The translations under genes and the position numbers were made by a program. The notes beneath the pieces were generated by a model, which was given only the letters and a program-made list of their open reading frames with translations, was not told the DNA's origin and ran no database searches. A DNA stretch of 64,000 nucleotides from Candidatus Bathyarchaeia archaeon (GTDB lineage: Archaea > Thermoproteota > Bathyarchaeia > Bathyarchaeales > Bathycorpusculaceae). The stretch is taken from NCBI GenBank assembly GCA_049512075.1, contig JBEKXL010000001.1:224001-288000 (forward strand). Reading direction: 5' to 3'. Of the stretch, positions 41,469-50,883 are shown piece by piece (position 1 is the first letter of the stretch; the number at the start of each line of letters is the position of its first letter).

Positions 41469-42962
41469 ATGACGGCGCTCACGTTCTACGGTGGCGTTAA
41501 TGAGATCGGCGGAAACAAGGTTCTCCTAGAAGACAACGGCACTAGAGTTTTCCTGGATTTTGGAATGAGCTTCGGCACAGTTAACAACTATTTTTCGGAA
41601 TTTTTGCAGCCTAGGAAATGTAATGGTTTGGGAGATTTCATAGAGTTCGGGCTTATTCCGGATTTGAAAGGAATCTACCGACTGGACTTCTTAAAACAAA
41701 TGGGGCGACCGCAGGAAGATCTGGAATTTCAAGGATTACTTTTGTCCCATGCTCACGCAGACCATGCGTCATACGTGAACCATCTTCGCGAAGACTTGCC
41801 CATTTATTGCTCGGATGAAACATATCACATACTCAAAGCAATCAACGACACAGGCAGCGGCAGCTTTACTGACATCACGGATTTGACGAAGTGCTTTGAA
41901 ACGTACGTTAACAAGAAGGGAGAAATAAGCAGAAAGACTTCACTGACCCATCCAGATATTGTTGTTCAAAGGGAATTTCACACCTTTAAGTTCAAGGAGA
42001 AATTCAAGATAGATCATCTAGTAATAGAGCCCTTCAATGTAGACCATTCCCTATCAGGAGCTACAGGCTACATAATTCATACTTCTTCAGGCACGATCGT
42101 TTATACTGGAGATTTTCGCTTTCATGGACGCAGGGAGAAAGAAACCGTAGAGTTCATGGAAGCATGCAGGGTTGCGAAGCCGGACTTATTGATCATAGAG
42201 GGCACACGGGTTGAGGAGGAGAGTTCCAAAAAGGAAGCAGAGGTAGAAGACGAGATTTACAGTATTTCGTCAAAGGCAAAGGGTCTTTCTGTTTGTAATT
42301 GGTCTATAAGGGATACTGATAGACTGCTCTCCTTTCTGAATGCTGCTAAGAAAATGGACAGAAAGCTTGTGATATCTCTCAAACAAGCATATTTGCTGGA
42401 AGAGCTGTCAAAATGTGCCGACACTATCACTCCAAGTATAGATGATGAAAACATAGAACTCTATGCTAGCAGAAAGAGTTGGGGGCTAATAGGAAGCGAC
42501 TGTTGTGAAAAGATGCGTAACCAGGATTACGATACTTGGGAACGTTCTTATCTTGACCGGGCAATCTGCTACAAAGACCTGAGAGATAATCAAGCCAACT
42601 ATCTGATGTTCTGCAGCAACTTTGACCTTAAGGAACTCGTAGACATCAAACCAACTGCAGGTTCGGTTTACATTAAGTCAGTTTGTGAGCCATTTGATGC
42701 CGAAATGGAGATTGACTGGGAAAGGATAGAAAACTGGATAAAGCATTTTGGCATGAATATCAGCTCAACTCACGTTTCTGGACATGCCTCAGGTCTTCAA
42801 CTGAAAGATTTCGTGGGACAAGTTGGCCCAAGAACAATAATCCCTATTCACACTGAAAGTGCGAAAACCTATGAAAAATGGTCGAGTGGAGTTCATATTT
42901 TGAAGGGGGCTGGTGAAAGTTATAGCTTGGAGCGCGCGCAACGAAACGTGCTTACCAATTAG
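41469..42962 (+). CDS. Metallo-beta-lactamase/beta-CASP nuclease (RNase J-like)
   Basis: GGVNEIGGN, SHAHADH, VDHS, YTGD, HVSGH, PIHTE. Confidence 0.88.
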   Translation: MTALTFYGGVNEIGGNKVLLEDNGTRVFLDFGMSFGTVNNYFSEFLQPRKCNGLGDFIEFGLIPDLKGIYRLDFLKQMGRPQEDLEFQGLLLSHAHADHASYVNHLREDLPIYCSDETYHILKAINDTGSGSFTDITDLTKCFETYVNKKGEISRKTSLTHPDIVVQREFHTFKFKEKFKIDHLVIEPFNVDHSLSGATGYIIHTSSGTIVYTGDFRFHGRREKETVEFMEACRVAKPDLLIIEGTRVEEESSKKEAEVEDEIYSISSKAKGLSVCNWSIRDTDRLLSFLNAAKKMDRKLVISLKQAYLLEELSKCADTITPSIDDENIELYASRKSWGLIGSDCCEKMRNQDYDTWERSYLDRAICYKDLRDNQANYLMFCSNFDLKELVDIKPTAGSVYIKSVCEPFDAEMEIDWERIENWIKHFGMNISSTHVSGHASGLQLKDFVGQVGPRTIIPIHTESAKTYEKWSSGVHILKGAGESYSLERAQRNVLTN

Positions 42963-43044
42963 ATTCATGGCGATTAGCGCAAAACATGGCCGAACAAGCA
43001 GGCTCAATTTATTATATTGAAAACCCAATTAGACTTGATAACTC

Positions 43045-45093
43045 TTGCCTGTTAAAATCGAATCCAAATGCAGGAAGTGCGGGCAATCATACTCTCCCAC
43101 CGAGCATCTTGAAAATAAATTTTGCCGAAAGTGCGGAACGTTTCTTGTCCTCGAGAGAACCGCAATTGAAGAACCAAAATCACGGGACAAGTCCGCTCAA
43201 ACAACTTTTAGGGTACCAAAACCCGAATTCTCGCCCAGTCCGGTGGATAACCACCAAATCAACAAAAAAACTCAAATTGAGCAATCAGAATTCGAAGAGA
43301 AAACCTTAGATGAAGAAAAAACTGAACACAAATATTCATGCAGCTTTTCAGATCCCCATAGCATAAGAAGGCGCGTCGAAACAAAGCAATTTGCGCCCCT
43401 CAAGAATTTCCAGCTCAATCTTGAAGCGCTTGAAATAAAGAGCATGGGCAAAATTGACAAGCTAATCTCGTTAGATGCAATAAGAACCAAGTTAACCCCT
43501 TATAATTTTCAGATGCAGCTCGCCCTCCAAGTAATCAATGAAATGAACGGAAACGCCATTCTTGCCGACGAAGTAGGTCTCGGCAAAACAATAGAAGCAG
43601 GCCTCATAATGAAAGAGTTCCTCCTAAGAGAGGAAATTAGTTCGGTTCTAATTATTACACCCAAGAGCCTCCTGTCACAGTGGAAAATGGAAATGACCGA
43701 AAAATTCGGAGAAGCCTTTTCCATAGCAAATAATCCGAGAGAATTTGTAGATTTAGAAACTGACGACAGAATCATATGTTCCCATAACCTGCTCGCCAGA
43801 AAATACGAACAGCTTTCAAATAGAATTTGGGATCTTGTAATAGTTGATGAAGCCCACACTTTCAGGAACACAAAAAGCAAAGGCAGAATTTACCTGGCAA
43901 ATCTTCGAAAGAACCATTTCTTGTTACTAACTGCGACGCCTTTGTGCAATAAACTCACGGATCTATACAGTGTTGTGGATCTAATTCAGCCTGGTCTTCT
44001 GGAGAGTGAGCGTTCATTCATTTCCCGTTTTGCAGAAGACGCAAAATGTCGTGTTGTAAAGTCAGACATGGTTGATGATCTGAGAAGTGCACTTCAAGGC
44101 TTAATGTGCAGAACAAGGAGAGACCAAACTGGCATACCGTTTACCCAAAGGTACGTAGAATCGCGAACTCTTGAAGCAAATGAAAAAGAATACGAATTCA
44201 TTGAACAAGCAACCCAATACCTAAGAGACATAAGTAATAACCGCTTCAAGACAATCGAAGAACTACAAGTAGAGAACCCAATAAGAAGAACCAGTGAATC
44301 ACAGAGTAGAGCGATTTTGGTATTTCAAGCCATTGCCATGCAGCAATCTTTCTCAAGTTCACCTTCTGCATCCATTGACTCGCTGAAGAAAAGGCAGGAA
44401 AAATTTCCCTCAGAACAAGAGGCCACATCTAAATTAATTGAAATGGCACAGCAAATCAAATCCTCAAAGATGGAATTACTTAAAAACGTCTTGGGCGAAG
44501 TTCCTAATGAGCAGGCACTAATTTTTTGCCTTAGAAAAATCACGACTTATAAACTCAAAGAAATGCTGAATCAAGAATTCGGAAAAGCAGATGTCTACTT
44601 GGGCGATATGACACAATCTGAAAGAGACAACGTGATCAGTAGTTTTAAGAATGGAGAAACCAAATACCTTGTTGCAACCGACGCTGCAGCAGAAGGCCTG
44701 AACCTTCAAAACTGCAGTATTATGTTCAACTACGATCTACATTGGAATCCCATGAAAATTGAACAGCGAATCGGTCGAATCCACAGGTTCAAACAAGAGC
44801 GCGACGTAACGATCTTTAACCTAAGCATAAAGGACACCATCGATGACTACGTCCTTCACATTCTTTACCAAAAAATTGACCTATTTACCATGACAATTGG
44901 CAAAATGGAAACCGTCCTAGCGGAAATGAAAGAAGGCTCACAAGATATACAGAAAACAATTATTGAGATTTTGCTGAGAAGCAAGAATCGCCTCGACATC
45001 AAAAAAGAGCTTGAAAAACTAGCCAATGACATAAACATTTCCAAGCGAAATCAAGAATTATCTGAGAAATTCACTAAAGGGGTTCTCGGTTGA
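43045..45093 (+). CDS. SNF2-family helicase (YqhH-like) with N-terminal Zn ribbon
   Basis: LADEVGLGKT, DEAH, TATP, EGLNLQ, EQRIGRIHR. Confidence 0.92.
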   Translation: MPVKIESKCRKCGQSYSPTEHLENKFCRKCGTFLVLERTAIEEPKSRDKSAQTTFRVPKPEFSPSPVDNHQINKKTQIEQSEFEEKTLDEEKTEHKYSCSFSDPHSIRRRVETKQFAPLKNFQLNLEALEIKSMGKIDKLISLDAIRTKLTPYNFQMQLALQVINEMNGNAILADEVGLGKTIEAGLIMKEFLLREEISSVLIITPKSLLSQWKMEMTEKFGEAFSIANNPREFVDLETDDRIICSHNLLARKYEQLSNRIWDLVIVDEAHTFRNTKSKGRIYLANLRKNHFLLLTATPLCNKLTDLYSVVDLIQPGLLESERSFISRFAEDAKCRVVKSDMVDDLRSALQGLMCRTRRDQTGIPFTQRYVESRTLEANEKEYEFIEQATQYLRDISNNRFKTIEELQVENPIRRTSESQSRAILVFQAIAMQQSFSSSPSASIDSLKKRQEKFPSEQEATSKLIEMAQQIKSSKMELLKNVLGEVPNEQALIFCLRKITTYKLKEMLNQEFGKADVYLGDMTQSERDNVISSFKNGETKYLVATDAAAEGLNLQNCSIMFNYDLHWNPMKIEQRIGRIHRFKQERDVTIFNLSIKDTIDDYVLHILYQKIDLFTMTIGKMETVLAEMKEGSQDIQKTIIEILLRSKNRLDIKKELEKLANDINISKRNQELSEKFTKGVLG

Positions 45094-46823
45094 GCAGCAA
45101 ATACTCTAACACTCAAATTCACAAGTTCATAAGAGCTTTTGTTGAGTCAAAAGACGGAGAGTTAATCGATAAGTCTGATGAGATTTTCACAATTAAATAT
45201 CCCAAAACATTGAGCGCAAAAGAGTACACCTACCAACCTGTAGTTGCCAGAGAGAAAAAAATACCATTAATAACGACTGGCAGTCCAGCCTTTCAAGAAA
45301 TACTGAATGAATGCCTAGAAAATGGATTACTATGCTCAGTTCGACTGAAGTCAAAGGCAGATGATGAATCTCTCCTAAAGGATTACTTCAAAGACTCGCC
45401 TTTCGCGTGCGAAGATTGCGACAGAGTTTCCATAGAAAAGGAGGAAGTCTCGTTTTGTGTAAAATCTCCTCGCTGTTACCATCAAATAAATAACGCAAAG
45501 ATAGTGTCGATGAAAATAAATAAGAAAGAAAGAGTTAGGTTCTTCCAATTCTATTTTTCAGCCGTTTTTCAAAATAAGCTTAGACCAAGAAATGAAGAAA
45601 CAATAATGATCCTAATCGATGAAGATGGCAATATAGCAGGCACAGGAGATTTTCATGAACATGATCTCCTAAAAAACAAAGCAGTGGAGATACTAGATGC
45701 CCAAAGCAGTCTTGAAACAAAGGTCTTCGACATATTGAAAATTTTGGTAGATGAAAAGCTGGATTCCATCCTGAAAGAAAAGTTAGCTTTCTTTGATTTG
45801 CCTCTCAACAAAGACATAAAGACTAAGCTGAGAAGCTATGACAAAAGACTCAGAGAAGAACGTCGTGAAAAGCTCATTTCCAAGAACCATGAGTTTGACG
45901 AAAAGAGATGGCAAGCCAACCATGATGCACTTTTAAAAAGGGAAGAAGAATCGTACAGAACCCATATTGTAGTAAAGTTTCTCAACCTACTCATAATAAA
46001 TACGGATAAAGTCAGTTTTGAAATCAACCTAGACAATAATTCTACCATAAATTCTTCCTTTGTTCTCGGAGTGAACGCGCCTTCACAAGTCACTTGCCCA
46101 GGCTGCGGCAAAACTTTCTTTGAAGGGTACGCCACGCAAGATTCTTACTACCTCTGCAGAGACTGCATAAGGCAGTCCATTGAAACAGGCAGAATCTACT
46201 CAACAAAGCAAGACTTGGCTTTGGATTCAACGTTAAATGAATACATTGAACCAGATTTAGGCTTTGTCTGTTCTGTATGTGGGAAGAGAAGCAGCCGCCT
46301 GCTAGAATTCAAATGCAATCACGATAATTCAAGCGTGTGTATTCATGATTATGGGCTTTGCAATAATTGCGGCCGTATTTTCTCCGAGGCGAACCTTACA
46401 CTAAGCAAAGAATCTAATCGAAAACTGTGCCCTAAGCACATTATTGTCTGTGAGGGTTGTGGGTCTCCCATTGGAGTGGACGAGTATAGATTGTGTGTTG
46501 CAACTGGGAGAAGATTGTGCTCCTGCACTAGCTTCGAAAGATGTTCTTTTTGCCGGCAAGAATACTCCAGCACGTCGTTAAAAGAAAACAAATGTCCTGC
46601 ATGCAACAGCCTAAGCGAGACGGTAGATCCATTACTTGCTAACGTAGTTCTGAATCATGATAGTTCTCAGCGCAAGACGACGAAATGGCTGATAGGCAGG
46701 AATAAAATGAACGTTGTTGTAGTGGCAAAAGGAGTCTTTTCAAATACACTGTACGTGATTGAAAATGATAAGGTAGTTTTCCAAAGAAATATTTCGTTTT
46801 TGGACAAGCTTAGGGGTCATTAG
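45090..46823 (+). CDS. YqhG-like partner with Cys-rich multi-Zn-finger C-terminus
   Basis: 4-nt overlap with the SNF2 gene; LITTGSPAFQ; many CxxC pairs. Confidence 0.6.
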   Translation: MSSKYSNTQIHKFIRAFVESKDGELIDKSDEIFTIKYPKTLSAKEYTYQPVVAREKKIPLITTGSPAFQEILNECLENGLLCSVRLKSKADDESLLKDYFKDSPFACEDCDRVSIEKEEVSFCVKSPRCYHQINNAKIVSMKINKKERVRFFQFYFSAVFQNKLRPRNEETIMILIDEDGNIAGTGDFHEHDLLKNKAVEILDAQSSLETKVFDILKILVDEKLDSILKEKLAFFDLPLNKDIKTKLRSYDKRLREERREKLISKNHEFDEKRWQANHDALLKREEESYRTHIVVKFLNLLIINTDKVSFEINLDNNSTINSSFVLGVNAPSQVTCPGCGKTFFEGYATQDSYYLCRDCIRQSIETGRIYSTKQDLALDSTLNEYIEPDLGFVCSVCGKRSSRLLEFKCNHDNSSVCIHDYGLCNNCGRIFSEANLTLSKESNRKLCPKHIIVCEGCGSPIGVDEYRLCVATGRRLCSCTSFERCSFCRQEYSSTSLKENKCPACNSLSETVDPLLANVVLNHDSSQRKTTKWLIGRNKMNVVVVAKGVFSNTLYVIENDKVVFQRNISFLDKLRGH

Positions 46824-46824
46824 A

Positions 46825-47760
46825 ATGGATTATGTAAAATTCAACGGTATTCTCGAAGAGGCTCTTGAGAAATATCCAAACATTGACCTCGTGAAGTTCC
46901 TTCAGCAGAAATTGCAGATTCCAGAGTATAAAGCCAAGGAACTAACCACCAGAATAGAAAGAGATTTCAATCCTGAAATTACGAGTAGAATAAAGCAAGG
47001 CAAAGAAAAACCAATTGATGCAAAAGAACAGACTAAGGTTCAATACTCACCAAAAGTCAACATATACTCTGTCGATAGCCTCTCAGGAAAAGAATTTGAG
47101 CACTTTTTGAAATGGCTGTTTGAGGAGTTGGGATACCAAGTGCAACCTGGAAAATACGTCGCCGATTCTGGTGTTGATTTAGTAGCATCGAGAGATAAAG
47201 AGAAAATAGCGATACAAGCCAAACGATACCAAAGAAGCATGAAAGTCTCGAATTCGGTCATATTAAAAACGCATGGTGGAATGGACGTCTATGGTTGCAA
47301 GAGGTCAATCGTCATAACTACATCCTACTTCACGCAGCAAGCTATGTCAGACGCTCGAAAGTTAAACATTGAACTCTGGGACAGGGACACGTTGGCGGCA
47401 AAAATTGATGAAATATGTAACAGAAGTGTAAATCTGGAGACGAAACCTCGCTTCCCCAAATACAAGGGTTCGCTTCTTAAAAGCCTGATAAGTTTAGAAG
47501 AAACAGGCGAGTTCATTGTAGAACGCAAAGAAAACGGAAAGTATGATCTGCATCTGCCTGGGGTGAAATTTCCACTAATCTCTTTTCAAACCAATCTCAA
47601 CCATGTTACTAAATGCGTTTATAGAATTAAAAACAACGAACCAGTTGGAGAATACGACGGGTTCGCTCTAATCAAAAGCGACCGCAAGGACAGATATGGC
47701 CCTGAGGGCGAACAAGCCTACGAACTAATTGTCAAATATCTCGAGAAATTTCTGGAATAG
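46825..47760 (+). CDS. Mrr-family restriction endonuclease
   Basis: LSGKEFEHFL...DSGVDL...IQAKRY...TTSYFT...ELWD. Confidence 0.88.
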   Translation: MDYVKFNGILEEALEKYPNIDLVKFLQQKLQIPEYKAKELTTRIERDFNPEITSRIKQGKEKPIDAKEQTKVQYSPKVNIYSVDSLSGKEFEHFLKWLFEELGYQVQPGKYVADSGVDLVASRDKEKIAIQAKRYQRSMKVSNSVILKTHGGMDVYGCKRSIVITTSYFTQQAMSDARKLNIELWDRDTLAAKIDEICNRSVNLETKPRFPKYKGSLLKSLISLEETGEFIVERKENGKYDLHLPGVKFPLISFQTNLNHVTKCVYRIKNNEPVGEYDGFALIKSDRKDRYGPEGEQAYELIVKYLEKFLE

Positions 47761-47909
47761 ATTCGAACAAGGAACTTCAAGTGAAACATAATTGAATAGC
47801 AGCCGATTGCAAGAAGAGAATCGTTTCAATAAGACGATAGTGGATTTAGTGTTTTCTTTTAGAAAGCTTTTGAACAAGCTGTCCGCACCATAAGAGAGGA
47901 AGCTGAAAT

Positions 47910-48860
47910 ATGGCGTCTGCTGAAATTCGCTGTCCGGACTGCGGTTCTACATCAGTTTCAAGAGTTGCGGGCGCTTATTGTTGTGACTTCTGCGGGCGGA
48001 AATTCCAGATTATCAAAAAGATCCAAAACGAGCTGGCATTAAACATTTCTGAAAGGCAACAAATCAGATACGGCAAAATCAATTTTGATATAGAGGGTGC
48101 GACTAAACTCGGGAATTTTAGTTTAGATAAGAATGTTGACGTAACCTATTGCATGAATGATGTCTTCAAGTTTCATGGTTTTAAACAAATCAAAAGAGGA
48201 AACACTATCGTCAGAGCTGATGCTTATGGATATGTTTTTGCCAATCCTACGAATGGGACTATCAATGACGTTTCTTTTGCAGACGGCTTCTACCCAACAG
48301 CTGATGATTTCAAAAACGTGATGCTAGCCGAGTGCATTAGAATTGTCAACGATAACGCATTCGAGAACAGACCCTCTATTAAGCGCGAAGATCAAGAGTT
48401 GGACATTCCGAGTTTTGTCTCAATTGAGAAACTCAAAAAAGGAGTTTTCGAATGGTTGCTTCAAAACATTGCTGTCAAAAAGAGATATTACGTTCAAAGT
48501 GGCGCAAGACAGGTTATTCTAACTTTTAAGAAGAAAGACATCTTAGAATTTGGCTATAGTGGTTGTTATGCTGTTCCTCTTGTCAAGCTTAGTTATAATT
48601 ACCCAAATTCATCGCGAATTCTCAAAAGGGAAATACTGGGGTATTCAGGGCAGATTATTCAAGACGATTTCAAATGCTCCAAGACCAGAATGTTTGGAGG
48701 CGCGTGCAAAAACTTTCCAAACGACTTATGTTCCGTGTGTGACAATCCTATATGCGCCGATCATCAACGGCAATGTGAAAAATGCGGCACCATCCTATGC
48801 AAGGACTGTACGGTTTCAAAAGGATTAATCGCTAGACACCATTTCTGTCCCAAGTGCTGA
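47910..48860 (+). CDS. Zn-finger hypothetical protein
   Basis: N-terminal CPDC/CDFC and C-terminal Cys cluster. Confidence 0.6.
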   Translation: MASAEIRCPDCGSTSVSRVAGAYCCDFCGRKFQIIKKIQNELALNISERQQIRYGKINFDIEGATKLGNFSLDKNVDVTYCMNDVFKFHGFKQIKRGNTIVRADAYGYVFANPTNGTINDVSFADGFYPTADDFKNVMLAECIRIVNDNAFENRPSIKREDQELDIPSFVSIEKLKKGVFEWLLQNIAVKKRYYVQSGARQVILTFKKKDILEFGYSGCYAVPLVKLSYNYPNSSRILKREILGYSGQIIQDDFKCSKTRMFGGACKNFPNDLCSVCDNPICADHQRQCEKCGTILCKDCTVSKGLIARHHFCPKC

Positions 48861-49075
48861 TTCAAAAAAGAGGACGCTCTGGAACATTTTCTGGAGCCAA
48901 GAAGCTCATACCCAAAAATCCCATGCGTTTACCCAAGTTTATTTATGCAATTTGGAATATAAAGAGGCGAAGGCTCGCGGAGCTAGTGTCTCGGCATGGA
49001 TAATTCCATGATAGACTGGTTTAGAAAACTCTATCTCGAACTCAAATGGGATAAAGGGGCCGGAGCGCGCACGCT

Positions 49076-49300
49076 AAAAAACCTCAGTATCGATTCACTA
49101 GTAAGTTTAACGAATTTTCGCGGCAAGAGATGGCCTGAGGGGATTAGAACCCAAACGAGACTGTGTGAAAACTCGTCGCTTTCAGAAAATTGCTTGTTTT
49201 ATGTGCAAAAGGCTGACCTTGGGACGTGTTCTATACATGTAGAGCGCAATTTCTTGAAACAAATTTGACTTTTCACACAGTCTCAAACGGGTTCAAGTCC
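49076..49300 (+). repeat. 73-bp repeat plus 28-bp palindrome copy 5, interrupted by a MITE
   Basis: Removing the MITE and one AAAC restores GGATTAGAACC-CAAACG-GGTTCAAGTCC. Confidence 0.85.
49157..49284. mobile_element. 128-bp MITE with IS1182/IS5-like ends
   Basis: Perfect 15-bp TIR GAGACTGTGTGAAAA / TTTTCACACAGTCTC; 4-bp duplication AAAC at 49153-49156 and 49285-49288. Confidence 0.88.
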
Positions 49301-49348
49301 ATTTTTGGACTGGCATATTTCTTTTGGTCATAGACCATGGTTGGAAGT

Positions 49349-49926
49349 CTATCCGTATTTTTTTATGAATTTTTCCTTGGTTGCAGCTGATGAGCAAAAA
49401 ATACAATTTGAAACAGGCTTCATTCTGATCATTCCATTCGTAGGGATATTGATCATATCGTAGGAATAGTAGTTTTGGAGTACTTTTTTTGGGAAATAAC
49501 GTTCTTTGATCACTTCTCCAGCAACAAGAATCCCTGGAAGCACAGCTGCAAAGGGCAAAGGAAATCTCTCCCCTGTTGCCGACAAAACAAGTTCTCCGCA
49601 GTGCATCATTAGCCAGTCGCTGAAGCGCTCACCCACTAACGGAAGAGAAAATCCAAATTTTCCGCTAGACTTAGTCATTCGAATAATGCAGTCTTGAGTC
49701 AAGCAAGCATTTGTGCTTCGAAGTTCTGCAATTTCAGTTGCAGAAAGACCAATGATTCCAGAAAGAATTTCTTCTATTGGGCGCTCGACTTCCTTCGGAC
49801 TATGAGTGCAGATTAGGCATGGACTATTTCCTATGTAAACTCGACGAACGTAGAAATCAGTTAATATAACGGCGGCATCAAGTATTACTCTGGGCATATC
49901 CCATTGCATCAACCATCTCGTTCTTA
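49349..49926 (-). pseudogene. ThiF/E1-like enzyme C-terminal fragment
   Basis: TRWLMQ...ILDAA...PCLIC...PFAAVLPGILVAGE...CIFC; Rossmann N-terminus replaced by GC-rich junction 49927-49953. Confidence 0.65.
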
Positions 49927-49989
49927 GCGCTCGCAACTGCGTATCGCGCACGCTTGAAATAGAAGCATTCACGCCTAGACGATAGGCAC

Positions 49990-50561
49990 TTACCCTCGAG
50001 CAATTTTGTATTCTTCTCCACGGTTCACGAGCTGAACTCTGTCGCTTATCCTTTTGAACAAAGCCGCGTTTTCTGTGTGAACAGGATAGATCCTTTTCGG
50101 TTCTATTTCACTGATAAGGCGTCCTATCTGCTCTTTGTTCAGATGCCCAGAAGCGTGCAACTGGTGAAACTGTATTCCAAAGTGGTCAAGCCAGTTGTGC
50201 AAGACTTCGTCTTCAATATCCTCCTCGCTGAAAGGTTCGCTCATGCTGTGTATGAAGCAACTGCCCCGCTCTGGCCTTATGTCCACTAACTCTGCAAACT
50301 GGTAGAAATCCAAATCCATAATCAACCCACCTTGGTTCTTGTTAACAAACTCGTAGGTCACCATCTTGTCCATGAATTCCCTCTCCCACACAAAGTAGTC
50401 AGCATCGTCGAAAGTCCCAGACTTCTTGCGCTTGTAGTACACGAGTATTTCATCATCCTTCAAAGGGTCGGGCAGGTCAAGACGTTCGTCTTTCTATCCT
50501 GCACAAGGATCTTGTTGCCGCCGATCTCGTTGACGCCGCCATAAAAAACGAGTTTAGCCAT
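49990..50561 (-). pseudogene. MBL/beta-CASP nuclease pseudogene with a large internal deletion
   Basis: MAKLVFYGGVNEIGGNKILV joined out of frame to DLPDPLKDD...HASGH...PVHTE. Confidence 0.85.
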
Positions 50562-50883
50562 TTAATCCACAGATAGACTTTGTGCAGATGCTCCATTTCT
50601 AGTTTGGCTCTGCATCAAGCGGGACCGCGGCGCTGCGATTTTCGAGCTGAGCTCCATCGGAAATAGCGTGCGCTTGATTGTGGGTTCGGCTTTTGGTGCA
50701 CCGTCCGACCGCGCGCGCTGATTCGGAGACATCCTGCCCACACGTTGGACAGTTCTTGACACCCTCTTTCAATAATCTGTCATGCGGCAATAGCTCATTT
50801 CTTAGTGCGCATTTCACCGTAAGCATTATTTAAGATCGGCCAATATAGAAGCCATTCATAGCGCGCGCTAAAAGGTCCTTTGG

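Noticed and set aside
48996-49268. 90-aa ORF
   Set aside because: Chance frame running across a GC junction, the 73-bp repeat and the MITE.
11194-49300. CRISPR array from the 28-bp repeat
   Set aside because: Copies are kilobases apart, there are no regular spacers and no cas genes.
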